The notes under the pieces are model-generated. The model saw only the letters and a list, made by a program, of their open reading frames with translations. It ran no database searches and had not been told where the DNA came from. A stretch of DNA of 63,953 nt, the filler included, from Stramenopiles sp. TOSAG23-6 (Eukaryota): assembly GCA_900128565.1 (NCBI GenBank). It is 9 parts of 9 records of this genome, joined end to end, with 100 filler letters (N's around TTAATTAATTAA, not from the genome) between each part and the next. Parts side by side here need not be neighbours in the genome. Positions count along the whole stretch, not along the records: positions 8,843 to 17,548 come from LT636418.1; positions 17,649 to 26,354 come from LT636419.1; 7 more parts are not named here. The stretch is one strand, 5' to 3'. This document shows, piece by piece, positions 11,901-22,962 of the stretch; position 1 is the first letter of the stretch, and each line of letters begins with the position of its first letter. The translations under genes and the position numbers were made by a program.

Positions 11901-13821
11901 TCTTGACTTTGTGTACTTCACAAAAAATGATGTTTGGTTACAAGCGTGTATCTTTTTTCTCTGGGGAAATGTTCAAGTTTCATCTGCATTTTTTTTTAGT
12001 GTATTTTTCCTCAAGACTAGGACTGCATCAGTTGTTGGATACTGTTATATTTTTATCAATGGTATTCTATGTTTGAGTCTTTTTAGAATTTACATTGAAA
12101 GTTCAGACACACCTACGGCACTTCTAGATACCGTCTGTCTTTTTCCGCCTTTTGCCTTTTATCGAACACTTTATGCATTGAGGGAAGGAGTTCAATATGA
12201 TGGACCTGGATTAAATTGGGAAGATGATGTACTAAAGTATAAGGGGTATGGACAACCTATCGGTCAAATGTTGATATATATGCTTTTTCAGTGGATCGGA
12301 ATGTTGCTGATGGCATGGTATTTCGAAAACACAATTCGTAGTGATGGTCTTGGGGTGAAAAAGAATCACTGTTTTTGTCTTCGATCCAGTTACTACACAC
12401 ACAAAAAAAAAGCATCTCCATTAAATAAGTCTCAAAAAAATTTGACGCATCACAATAATGTTGCCAATGAATTTGAAGTAAAAATACTTACAAAACATAC
12501 AGATGAAAACGCTTCATTGAATCATTCAGGTACTGGCGTGAATAGGCCGGGTGTATCGAAGGAGAGAGAACGAGTGTGGGCGGAGGAAGAGGAATATTAT
12601 GGTGATAGTAGGGAGAGGGATACTACTGATACTACTACTATGGATCCTGATGTGATTCGATTGTTAGACATACGAAAAGTGTACTCTGCGCCAATATCAG
12701 GCCAACCTGATACCGTAGCAGTCAGAGGCGCCAGTTTTGGTGTACATAAAGGAGAATGTTTTGGATTGTTAGGTCCAAATGGTAGCGGAAAGACAACTTG
12801 CATTAATTCACTTTGTGGATACTTTGAGCCAACGTCAGGACATGCACGAGTGAATGGATATGACATTGCTGAAGACATGGATTTGATTCACTTATGTATG
12901 GGTGTTTGTCCTCAAGATAATGTTTTGTGGGGACATCTCACAGCAGGAGAACATATTGCTTTTTTTGGTAGACTAAAGGAATTGAGTGGACCTGAATTGG
13001 AGAAGGAAATAATTCAACGTTTGACTGATGTTCAACTCTTGTGTGAACGATACAGCTGTATTGACACATTTAGTGGTGGAATGAAACGGCGACTTTGTGT
13101 TGCTATAGCGATGACAGGTTCACCACCAGTTATTCTTTTGGACGAGCCAACAACTGGTCTTGATCCGCTTTCAAGAAGACAACTTTGGGATGTAATTAGC
13201 AATACAAAAAATAAAAGTTCGATTTTGTTAACCACGCATTCGATGGAGGAAGCAAATGTTCTTTGCGATCGTATAGCGATTATGGTTAAGGGTGCACTGC
13301 GGTGTATTGGAAGACCCCCACAGTTGAAAAATCAATATGGAAAATATTATAAATTAAGTCTTGTCGTTCAGCTGGATGAGCCAAATGAAACTAATGAAAA
13401 AAATCAAAAAGATAAAACAAGTAGTATAAAGGATAATCAAGGACCTGAAATTGTTGTAGAAGGAAAGTATGACAAAATAAACAAGACTGTCATTAACGAG
13501 GTTCCAAAAAAAGAGGATAGCAAAGATAACAAAATATATCAGTTTGTCATTAATGATGTTGCTCAAGATGCTTGTCTAATTCAAGAGCCCGTTGCAGGAA
13601 CTTGGCACTTCAAATTACCTCGGAAAAGTACTGATTTATCTTTTTTACTCACAAAACTAGAAAATGCACGGAAAATAACAGGGGTAAAGCAGAATAGTGA
13701 AAGTGTACAGTTAGATGATTGGGCTGTGTCAAATATTACACTTGAAGAAATATTTTTGAAAATTTCTAATAGTGCATTAGAAGAAGAAGGGGTGACGGAG
13801 TTTGCAAGTAGCGGAAACTAA
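8908..13821 (+). CDS. ABC transporter, subfamily A (two NBDs), 5' partial
   Basis: Walker A GHNGAGKTT and GPNGSGKTT, signatures FSGGMQRRL/FSGGMKRRL, LLDEPTTG twice, LVYEKEHKLREVMKMMGL, TLEDVFL/TLEEIFL. The exon begins after a family 3' end AATACAT at 8907. Confidence 0.95.
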   Translation: MQSIDAGHESVVAILKDVELYYRVPISLFPPALLAKGLDILGRSSDSEDDVGMRFSERDAQGWWTLQDCYNQLIYTWFLYLGLTIFIDFVIMQDENCFRRNLRGICRKHVRSITTDGLKMSNENETQIIDTCDDATITAEKKLVASGNFPPETVIVIDNLKKVFHRYIFGCVQDLSQEKEAVAGVSLHITDKQLFALLGHNGAGKTTMLKMITGILVPSDGDALVCGHSLLAGDIEKIHNCIGVCPQYDILFSQLTAAEHIAMFAGLKGMKEEYIEGEIEERLKGVHLWGVRDNVAGSFSGGMQRRLSLAISLVANPRVVLLDEPTTGMDPISRRQVWDVLEAEKRKRLIILTTHSMEEADALADRIGIIKRGKLRCLGSSVGLKHNYGSGFRLSVVTNGGNGSKERNSNKASALSNPLMNKFCPGAKLLRDNPSEARYKIPIDNVEQLSLLLAALEKIQKEQQQSSAITDSSFEESSESKEVVIVGEEKQEASNSVILEDLQIGLTTLEDVFLKVTSHIEADEENHKSRKRYGFCSGCLHLLKYCGERSCNHIRQKRNQRNHKERSITPDHSNMNHTNMDSNLLAKKAVSMAQKGRESNNRDLEFTMRTQFVALSLKAQMTERRMWKRNLFQILLPMALIGMLAFFQTVITDIVQENLGVTRPAVVHPPTLPFAMYFPKLGSIDPLSECKILDPRVGIPSITQLIPDYIGGRMLWSSNNDLTQTKMGNYGSQVAASPDRFWAMADKNAQQPSGFLGRVTRDLSSMLSVQGKSYPLRRYETFCLTRPYVSPILFPDSFTGNDFLAKEKMEAKLLESHKAKANGYAAGYDVHTLNLGLNILEKFNGEAKFDVYFNHSLTQGADLPRLVNNFDDAVFKSIISGDPAASDPFKSSTTQSTLSASSGIEPGIYVSGLRFFPEKETVNDFDLISLVGPSFYIFLFQLTFPVCLAGLVYEKEHKLREVMKMMGLKTSVYWVVNYLQYLLMYLVQICFLTGLARYLDFVYFTKNDVWLQACIFFLWGNVQVSSAFFFSVFFLKTRTASVVGYCYIFINGILCLSLFRIYIESSDTPTALLDTVCLFPPFAFYRTLYALREGVQYDGPGLNWEDDVLKYKGYGQPIGQMLIYMLFQWIGMLLMAWYFENTIRSDGLGVKKNHCFCLRSSYYTHKKKASPLNKSQKNLTHHNNVANEFEVKILTKHTDENASLNHSGTGVNRPGVSKERERVWAEEEEYYGDSRERDTTDTTTMDPDVIRLLDIRKVYSAPISGQPDTVAVRGASFGVHKGECFGLLGPNGSGKTTCINSLCGYFEPTSGHARVNGYDIAEDMDLIHLCMGVCPQDNVLWGHLTAGEHIAFFGRLKELSGPELEKEIIQRLTDVQLLCERYSCIDTFSGGMKRRLCVAIAMTGSPPVILLDEPTTGLDPLSRRQLWDVISNTKNKSSILLTTHSMEEANVLCDRIAIMVKGALRCIGRPPQLKNQYGKYYKLSLVVQLDEPNETNEKNQKDKTSSIKDNQGPEIVVEGKYDKINKTVINEVPKKEDSKDNKIYQFVINDVAQDACLIQEPVAGTWHFKLPRKSTDLSFLLTKLENARKITGVKQNSESVQLDDWAVSNITLEEIFLKISNSALEEEGVTEFASSGN

Positions 13822-13895
13822 AAAATAAAGATGAAATATTTGTAATTTTCTGTCTTGTAATTTATTAAGAGAGAGAGAGTGTAAAAAAAAATATC

Positions 13896-15347
13896 TCAAT
13901 TTGTTGATTTCTTCAAACACTCTTTTTTATGTGAACTCTTCCAATGTATTTTCTGACACTTCTTGGAACAATATGAGACAGCGTTACACTGACTACAAAC
14001 AAAAAATTTAGAATGTTTAGCCTCTTTATGACAAGTAAAACATCTTGATTTGCTGCTTTCCATTATTTGTTGCTTTATGTCATTGTCTGTTGTATCTGTT
14101 ATCTGTTTTTTTGCTATCTTGTTCCACATTGCGGCAGTTTTCAAACATTTAGTGACACCATAACCCTCCTCATAACAAACAGAAATAGCCCATTGTGATC
14201 TTAGATGGCCTTCCTTTGCAGCTTCTGTTAACCATTTTAATGCAGTTTTATAACATTGAGATACACCTTCACCCTGCATATAACACCATCCAAGAATAGA
14301 TTTTGCATCTGTGCTACCTTGTTTCGCAGCTTTTGTATACCATTTCACTGCAGTTTTACAACATTTAGTTACACCACGACCACCCATATAACATGAACTT
14401 ATGTTCATCTGTGAATGTAAGTGTCCCTGCTCTGCGGCTTTTTCCCACCATTTCGCTGCCGTTTTATTACATATAGTTACACCATCACCAAGTTTATAAC
14501 ACATACCGAGATTGTGCTGAGCTTCTAAGAGCCCTTGCTCTGCGGCTTTTCTGAACCATTTAGCTGCAGTTTTAGAACATTTAGTTACACCATCACCACG
14601 CAAATAAAATAAACCAAGACTACACTGTGCTTCTAAGTTTCCTTGCTCTGCGGCTTTTCTCATCCATTTAACTGCAGTTTTATAAGATTGAGTTACACCA
14701 TTACCATCTGTATAACACATACCAAGATCAAGCTGTGCTAGTGAGTGTCCTTGCTCTGCGGCTTTTCTCATCCATTTAACTGCAGTTTTACAACATTTAG
14801 TTACACCATCACCATACATATAACATGAACAAAGTTTATACTGTGCTTCTAAGTTTCCTTGCTCTGCAGCTTTTCTCATCCATTTAACTGCAGTTTTACA
14901 ACACATAGTCACACCATCACCAAGTTTATAACACATACCGAGATTGTACTGTGCTTCTAAGTGTCCTTGCTCTGCGGCTTTTCTAAACCATTTAGCTGCA
15001 GTTTTACAACATTTAGTTACACCATAACCACGCAAATAACATGAACCAAGATTATACTGTGAATCTAAGTCTCCTTGCTCTGCGGCTTTTCTATACCATT
15101 TAGCTGCAGTTATATAACACTGCGCAACACCATGACCCTCTGTATAACACAAGCCGAGATTGTACTGTGATCCTGAGTGTCCTTGCTCTGCGGCTTTTCT
15201 AAACCATTTAGCTGCAGTTTTACAACATTTAGTTACACCATAACCACGAAAATAATATAAACCAAGTTTGCACTGTGCATCTATATTGCCGTTTTCAGCA
15301 GATTTTTTTAAGCTAATAGTAGTGTCACTCATACCACTTAAACTCAT
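13896..15347 (-). CDS. Sel1-like repeat protein with C-terminal MYND zinc finger
   Basis: About 11 repeats of 36 aa (AQYNLG.CY..G.GV.....A.KW.RKAAEQG); C-terminus CFTC..CSQCNAVSYCSKKCQKIHWKSSHKKEC. Confidence 0.92.
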   Translation of the reverse strand: MSLSGMSDTTISLKKSAENGNIDAQCKLGLYYFRGYGVTKCCKTAAKWFRKAAEQGHSGSQYNLGLCYTEGHGVAQCYITAAKWYRKAAEQGDLDSQYNLGSCYLRGYGVTKCCKTAAKWFRKAAEQGHLEAQYNLGMCYKLGDGVTMCCKTAVKWMRKAAEQGNLEAQYKLCSCYMYGDGVTKCCKTAVKWMRKAAEQGHSLAQLDLGMCYTDGNGVTQSYKTAVKWMRKAAEQGNLEAQCSLGLFYLRGDGVTKCSKTAAKWFRKAAEQGLLEAQHNLGMCYKLGDGVTICNKTAAKWWEKAAEQGHLHSQMNISSCYMGGRGVTKCCKTAVKWYTKAAKQGSTDAKSILGWCYMQGEGVSQCYKTALKWLTEAAKEGHLRSQWAISVCYEEGYGVTKCLKTAAMWNKIAKKQITDTTDNDIKQQIMESSKSRCFTCHKEAKHSKFFVCSQCNAVSYCSKKCQKIHWKSSHKKECLKKSTN

Positions 15348-15598
15348 GTTGAATTGGATATAGTCTTGCTAATGATGATGTTGTCCAAGTTACTACGGGT
15401 AGTATTTATAGTCGTAGTGTGTAGGAACGTCGTCCAATTGATTCAAATTTTTCATTTTGAAAAAATGCTGAAAAAATCAAAATCAAAAAAAAATGACGTT
15501 TTCGCGGGAAGCTCCTCCTCTTTTCGAGGTTCTTCTTTTCACGTTATAATCTTTACTTTGGGTACTTGAATAGAAATTTCCTGTGACATCATTAGTAA

Positions 15599-17496
15599 AT
15601 GCTTCCCAGCGACGACGTTGGCAAGCTTTCTTTGGTACCCTCAACACGGGTACAAAATGGGAAACAATCAATTGCCACAACTGTTTTAAAAAAGCTACAT
15701 TCTGCACTTGTTTCAGGTCAGTTGAAACTTCATCCACTTGTTTCTCTTGTTTCAAAAAATACTTCACTTTTTTCGGGTGAAGGACTAAGAAACTTAGACT
15801 TGGATCTTGCCCATGTGCTTGAAGCTCGCCTTCATCGATTAGAGTATGTTGAAGCATTGGAGAAATCTAGAAATATAGTTCATTCTCGGTATTCAAAGAA
15901 GGCTGCATTAAATATGAATAAGAGCAACCGTCTGGTCATCGAAGCTATTCTACAAGCTATATTTTCTGCAATGTTAGGAACCGAGTCCAAGAAGAAAGAG
16001 GAGGAGGTAATAGTGCTAGAGCGGCGTCTCCGTGAGTGCCAGAGTGAAAGTAGACGCGTAATATCACATACAGTACAGGCTGAGAAAGATCACAAGAGAC
16101 TCGTTCACTTAATATCAACCGCTACTACCAAAAGACTATCCATGGATGAACTACCAAAGACTAATAGGACTAGTAGTAATAGTAGTAGGAATACTAATGC
16201 AGGAAAAATAGTGGACGATTTTCATAGTTTCAGGGATTTACTTTTACCAATAGTATTAGCACAATTGCATTTTTGTGATAAACAAAGCGGAAATTGTACT
16301 AAAAATGATTACTTGACTCGGAAAAACCAAACAGAACACGAAATGGCAAATGAACGAAATTCTGCCTTTGAAAAATTATCGGCTGCAAAAGCTGAAATCA
16401 TCTCTCTCAAGGAAATGCTGAAAAAGAATAAATCACACATACATTTAAACAAAACAGAGAACCCTAACCCTAACCTTGATGAATCAGATTTTCAATTAAT
16501 ATCAAAGATAATTCATGGAAGCTCCAATAAAGAAAATAAACCTCATGAATCTCATCAATCTGAAATAAACCCTGACCCTAATACATTTGAAATTGAGAGA
16601 TTAACTGTAGAAATCAGTAGATGGAAACAAATGCATGTATGTTTTATTTTATTTTTTTTTTTTAAATCGATTTTTTTTTTCGTACGAAATTTTGTACCTA
16701 ACAATTTTTTTAGAATTTCTTTGAAATATTTTTCCAAAATATATTCTGATGTCATCCTCCAATGTGACAAATATTCGAAAAAATTAGAGGAACGTGAATC
16801 TCAATTTGAAATAGAAAAAAAAGAAAATTACAATAAATATGAATCTGAATTGAAAATGTTGAAAGAAAGATGTTGTAACGATAAAAACTATTCATTACAA
16901 AATTTATCTGCACAGCATCGGCTAGAAATTCAAAAATTGAATGATAACTGTATCGAATGGAAATCAAAATTTGAGCATTTAAAGAATCGTGAAAATGAAT
17001 GTTTTATTTTTTTTTTTACAAAAAAATCGAGTTTTTTTTTTCGTACGAAATTTTGTACCTAACATTTTTTTAATAAATATTTTTTCACAGTACATGAATG
17101 GTCTGCTAATGCGGAACGCGAACAGCGAAATGCCAAGAAGAAATTAGTTTTATCTCACAATGAAGAATTAAAACATGTCACGGAAAACCAAGAGATGAAA
17201 TATAAATCCATCATAGAAGACATCAAATCAAGAAATGTAAAAGATATGTACGTTTTAAAAAAGTGAATTTCAAGTTTTTTTTTCATACGAAATTTCATAC
17301 CTAACAAATATTTTAATTTTTTTGAAATATTTTTCACTCACACATTGAAAAGTTAGAATTGGAGATGGAAGAATGGAAGGCAATGTATGATAAAACTGTT
17401 GATGAACATTCAATTAAAATACGTGAATTGAATAGATCTAATACGGCATTAATTGCTCAAATTAAAGAAGGTCATGAAAAAGGGTTTCATAAGCAT
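15599..17496 (+). CDS. Coiled-coil protein of unknown function, 3' partial; introns 16637-16744, 16997-17095, 17248-17345
   Basis: Long ORF continues in frame across three family introns; E/K-rich heptads. Confidence 0.7.
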
Positions 17497-18074
17497 GTAT
17501 GTTTTATTTTTTTTTCAATTTCCAATTTATTTTTCGTACGAAATTTTGNNNNNNNNNNNNNNNNNNNNNNNNNNNNNNNNNNNNNNNNNNNNTTAATTAA
17601 TTAANNNNNNNNNNNNNNNNNNNNNNNNNNNNNNNNNNNNNNNNNNNNATTGTTTTTGAAATATTTTTCCAAAATACATATTTGATGAGATGCAAGCTGC
17701 AGGTTATCGTCCAGATATTGTTGCGTATACGTCCTTAATGCATGCAATGGCACAAAAGAAAATGGGACGTGCAGCAGAGGCTGTGTTTCAACAAATGTTA
17801 TCATCAGGTATTCGGCCAAATATTATAGCATATTCGTCTTTAGTCAATGCGATGGCTCANNNNNNNNNNNNNNNNNNNNNNNNNNNNNNNNNNNNNNNNN
17901 NNNNNNNNNNNNNNNNNNNNNNNNNNNNNNNNNNNNNNNNNNNNNNNNNNNNNNNNNNNNNNNNNNNNNNNNNNNNNNNNNNNNNNNNNNNNNNNNNNNN
18001 NNNNNNNNNNNNNNNNNNNNNNNNNNNNNNNNNNNNNNNNNNNATTGTTTTTGAAATATTTTTCCAAAATACAT

Positions 18075-19414
18075 ATTTGATGAGATGCAAGCTGCAGGTT
18101 ATCGTCCAGATATTGTTGCGTATACGTCCTTAATGCATGCAATGGCACAAAAGAAAATGGGACGTGCAGCAGAGGCTGTGTTTCAACAAATGTTATCATC
18201 AGGTATTCGGCCAAATATTATAGCATATTCGTCTTTAGTCAATGCGATGGCTCAGGTCTCGCGGCAGAAGCGAAAGGAGTGTTTGACGCAATGATGGAAT
18301 CTGACCTCGATCTCCGTCCTGATCTTATTACGTATAATACTCTACTCAATGCAATGGCACATAAAGGTATGGTGTCAGAGGCGAAAGAACTTTTTTGACT
18401 CGATGGTTAGATCCAATTTGAAACCAGATGAAATCACTTATAACTCTTTAATACACGTAATGGCTCAAAATGGACTTGCTTTAGAGGCTAAAGAAGTACT
18501 CAACGCAATGCAGATGGCTGGCCTTCGACCTAATATGATTTCATACAACTCTCTAATGTTTGCAATGGCTCATAACAATCAATTTGGTGAAGCAATGAAT
18601 TTATTTAGAAACATGTTAGATGTAGGTATGCAACCAGAATTTGTAACCGTCAATACTCTCATTCAAGGCTTATCCAAACAAAAAGGAATGTCAGCTGAAG
18701 CACATGCAGTGTATTTATCCATGACTGAAGCTGGTGTACAACCAGATATTGTCAGTTTAAATTCACTCATTCATGGATTGGTACAAGATAGTTTAGTTGA
18801 AGAAGCAGAAGGAGTTTTCGACACAATGACGTCATCCGGCTTTCAACCTGACGTTCGTGCTTATTCATGTTTGATTCAGTCCTTTAGTCATCACAGTCGC
18901 GACGATCGATTCGTGATTAAGGCCAAGGAAATTTTCTTAATGATGGTAAAATCTAGTTGAAAGCCAAAGAGCGTCGGATGCATATGAAATATTTGGTCAT
19001 ATGGCTCGGATGACCCCACGAACATCATCATCTCGCGATGGAGCTGGTGTAGAAATTATTGATGGGCTTTTACAACCCTTCATTGATTTGCTGACCAATG
19101 AACACATGTTAGATGAAGCTAAATCTGTTCAGCAGCATGCCGTCGACGGACTGAAACCGAAACCAGTGAATGAAACTTCCAATGTTACAGGACTATTACA
19201 ACCCCCAGCCTTGCATTCTAATTCGACTGGGTTAAATGATGCTAATGCTTTCGATGCTAGTAATGGTGGATTGCCACCTGTATTAACTTCATCTTTATCT
19301 GCCTTTCCTAGTCGGGATCGAGATCGGTCAATATCATCATCTTATGATCCATGTCGTAATGATTCATATGATGCGTCTGAATCAGAGCAAATAAGACAAA
19401 AACCTCTGTGGTAA
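18075..19414 (+). CDS. Pentatricopeptide repeat protein, 5' partial, with apparent frameshifts
   Basis: 35-aa repeats GYRPDIVAYTSLMHAMA, GIRPNIIAYSSLVNAMA, LKPDEITYNSLI, GVQPDIVSLNSLI. Frame breaks near 18256, 18390 and 18960. Confidence 0.85.
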
Positions 19415-19689
19415 GAGTAATGCGTACGAAGCATTGTAAGCATTTGCATACACAGTAGAAAAAAGATATACCCTTTTTTCGAAATTAAACTAAAACTATA
19501 ATTTAAAGTCAGTAATAGTAAATTTTTACATAAAGTTTTCACGGGAGAATATTTACCTTAGGATTTATTCTTCACATTGAATAAAAATACAAAATACAAA
19601 GATTATTATTTTTTACATTGTAGCTCAAAGAGGTAGTAGAGATTATTATACAGATTTCAAAGGCTTGTGTTTTACATATAGAATTTCTT

Positions 19690-21109
19690 TCATTCTTCTA
19701 ACTGATAAGTTTTATTAGCATCTTTCTTTGTAAATGCCTTTGCAAAATCACCCACTTCTTGGTTTAACTCTGCAATACTCCACGATCCATGTATTGTGAA
19801 ATTTTGTTTTTGTAATTGTTTTTGTTAGGTACAAAATTTTTATAAAAAAATAAATTCGAAATTGAAAAAAAATACAACATACATCATGAGGTGCTACACC
19901 ACCCAGTAAGGCACCGATTACATTTATTCCAAAAGCATGTACTGCTTCAATAATTGTAGTTTCCGATACTTTATTATCTACCACTGAAGGATCCAAATTT
20001 GATATAAGTTGTTCTTTAAGTTTTGCATTGGCTTCACCTACTTCTCCACCAACTTCATTGGTTTTCCAAAAATCTTGTCCTGAGATTACATGTATTTTGG
20101 AAAAATATTTCAAAAAAAAAATGTTAGGTACAAAATTTCCTATAAAAAAATAAATTTGAAATCGAAAAAAAATAAAACGTACATCGATTTGGGTCATCAA
20201 AGAATGCGCCATGACAGAGACACCAGTAAATAAAGCTTCATCATCACTATCGCAAACTTTTGTAGCCTGTTGGAAATGAAATGATGCATTACCACCACTG
20301 ATATTTTCTAAAGGCTGGTTGTCTTTGGTACCGCCTGGGTTACTTGAAAACAAAGAGAACCCTAGTAGAGAGTGAGTCAATCCGATAGACTTTTTATCGA
20401 TAACTGGTTTACTCTCCAGTGGAATGCCTTCGTTGTTTTCTAAAACTGAAGAAAAATTCTTTATAGCGGCATTAATATATTCCCCACCAGAATGACCAGA
20501 TTCATCAAAGTACGATAAAGATCCTTTTTCGACTTCAAGAGCTGCCCGAAGAAAGCTACTACCACAAACCAATCTTTGAGCACTCAGAACTCCATCTGGC
20601 AGTCCCGTTGAAAAATAAAAAGGATCCGTTCCTTCTCCCATCGTTATGTCGGCGTACACAGAGGAGAGAGATTTATTATTACAGATATCCATTTCATATA
20701 ATTCAATCCCACGCGCTAATGCTTTTGCGCCCTCAGCGTTCTCCTGTAGTAAAATAAGGCCTCTACCTAATTCAATCCAAGCACCCGGGGCACTTGAGTC
20801 GCGTGCAACTGATTCCTGTAATAAAGCCTCTCCTCTAGAACGGTCACCTGTGCTAACGAGATGTATCCCTAGTGTTGAACGAGCCTTTGAAAAGTTCGAA
20901 TCTAAAGATAAAGCGTTCTCTAAACAAGAAACACCTCCCTTTTCATCACCGTTGGAAAATAATTGCAAAGCTTTTGCGTGGGCTAGTTTTGCTTCGCTGA
21001 TTCGACGAAGGTTTTGTTTGTGGTAGATCTCACTTTTGGCCGTGGATAAACGGCGGATTGCGATTAAATGACTTGGACGTGTGAATGCTCTAATTATATT
21101 CGAAAACAT
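19690..21109 (-). CDS. Probable mitochondrion-targeted TPR-like protein; introns 20090-20182, 19789-19882
   Basis: N-terminus MFSNIIRAFTRPSHLIAIRRLSTAK resembles a presequence; TPR-like helices (ALSLDSNFSKARSTLG). Splicing gives an open frame to TGA at 19690. Confidence 0.65.
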
Positions 21110-21383
21110 GTTTCTTTTATTGTAGCACACACACACCATGTATTAGATAGAGGTAGTACTATTCGTAGTCTTCTACTGGCCAATAATTTTTGGAAATATA
21201 TGGTTTTAATTTTTTGCTACCCCCTAATACTTCATATTCCCCTAACCCTAATTCGCCCTAATACAACTTGGAGTCTTCTTATATAATACACCATAGGCCT
21301 GGTCGTTCACGCATCTCCTTTCTTGAGAGAAATATTAATTTATTTCAAACCATAAAAAAAAGGATTTATAATAATTTACTTTT

Positions 21384-22526
21384 TTAAACCATAAAAGTAA
21401 TAAAAAATATAATAAATGACAAAAGGATAAAAAAGATCTTCCCAATGAGCATCCTGTTGCTACTAATACTTTCAAAATATTTCATAAGTTCATTATGCCC
21501 ATGTTGAACATTCATATATGTCTCATCAACGTTATCATCGATTCGATCAATTGTTTCACGAGACTCTGCAATCATACTCGATAGCTTGTTGAAAACTCTT
21601 CCTAAATCAGAAATGTGCTTTTCTACATTAACCATCGCATCTGCTCTTTGTGTCAGATATGACTCACCATTCACTAAAAGCCTTCTTTGAGTTAAGCCAA
21701 ATGACTGTCCACCTCCTTCAAGGTCTACAGAATTTCTACTCGAATTTCCTAAAAGCGATGAAGTTTCTTTATTTTCGTGGCCAATGCTGTTTCTATGATT
21801 TTGTGGGAAATGATCCGTCTTAAACCCACCAAAATGTTTTTTCGCAGCCCCAGGCGAATTGATTCGAGTCAATCTATTATTATTATTATTATTATTATTA
21901 TTTAGGCTGAGAGTAGAGCTAGAAGACGACTCGCCAGTTGAACCAGCACCAGCACCAATACCATTACCACCAATATTGAAGGAGTTTCGACCAAAATTTC
22001 CTGGTTTACCAAGCGGGTTCATTCTTTGGGTTTGCCCGAAGCGACCTCTTCGCGTAGAGCGTTCTTTCATGGTTTTACTTCTTTGTTGTAATACAGAACC
22101 AAAACCTTTTGTTGTTTGCATCAAACTTTTTTGTAGTTGTCCCATCACACTGCGGTTGTGCTTCGCTCTAGTTTTATTTTTAGAATTTTCTTCCAAAACT
22201 CCCTGTAAACTTTCTAATCGTGCATTCAATCGATTAATATCACCCTTGACAGAAAATGTCAATCGATTAATTTCATCAGATGAATCATTGAAAAGACCAC
22301 TTGAACATCTAATACTATCTGCAAGCCGAGACAGTTTGATACTTGTGGCATGTATTTCCTTACCAATCAAACTTGCTTGCTGAGCAAAACGAGATTGCTG
22401 CGTAGTATTTCCTTTAAGAGATTTTTTTGATTCTACAGTATCATTTGCCGAGCTTGTTTTTGATGCTGATTTCTTTAGTGACTCTGTTACTGTCAGGAAC
22501 TCAGTTGTTCGGTCATGCCCAACCAT
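21384..22526 (-). CDS. STX5: Syntaxin-5/Sed5 Golgi Qa-SNARE
   Basis: N-terminal DRTTEF motif, Habc region, SNARE motif (VEKHISDLGRVF..IDRIDDNV), C-terminal transmembrane helix. Confidence 0.92.
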   Translation of the reverse strand: MVGHDRTTEFLTVTESLKKSASKTSSANDTVESKKSLKGNTTQQSRFAQQASLIGKEIHATSIKLSRLADSIRCSSGLFNDSSDEINRLTFSVKGDINRLNARLESLQGVLEENSKNKTRAKHNRSVMGQLQKSLMQTTKGFGSVLQQRSKTMKERSTRRGRFGQTQRMNPLGKPGNFGRNSFNIGGNGIGAGAGSTGESSSSSTLSLNNNNNNNNNRLTRINSPGAAKKHFGGFKTDHFPQNHRNSIGHENKETSSLLGNSSRNSVDLEGGGQSFGLTQRRLLVNGESYLTQRADAMVNVEKHISDLGRVFNKLSSMIAESRETIDRIDDNVDETYMNVQHGHNELMKYFESISSNRMLIGKIFFILLSFIIFFITFMV

Positions 22527-22962
22527 TATAGATAGTAAAGTCCTTTCTAAACCAATTAAAATATCCAAATACTTCAAGATGCAAGGTTACGCGTACTTCA
22601 ATAATTCAAAAGAAAAAAATACAACAACAAAGCAGCAACTCTACTTTGATGATGTTATACAGATGTGACAATGATGTCAGTAAAATACAAAATAACACTC
22701 AATTCCTTCGCGTAGCTACTACTACAGAAGAATCTTATCTGAAAAAGCTCTGAATTCTGAAATCTCAAATCTAAATCAGGCAGGTAATTTTTTTTGATGT
22801 GAACAGACAGACCTGCTCATGTATAAATCGCCAGGAACTAGCCTTTGTTTTGGTATAAAATTCCCTAGTTAAAATATTGGTCAGCTGACTGTCCTTTCCA
22901 ATGAAAAATCGATTGTGGCGCATCATTTTGTAAATAAAAAGCAAAACGTAAAACAAAACAAA

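Noticed and set aside
9129-13566. Antisense ORFs over the ABCA gene (similar ones over H1, syntaxin and PAP)
   Set aside because: Shadow frames of well-supported genes on the opposite strand.
16637-16744. Shared peptides such as [19 protein letters not shown] and LKYFSKIH in many ORFs as a repeated protein domain
   Set aside because: These are translations of the intron family; most copies contain stops or shift the frame.
17649-18255. Duplicated PPR exon on both sides of an N gap
   Set aside because: Identical copies flanking a gap indicate overlapping contig ends; the PPR frameshifts may also be assembly errors.
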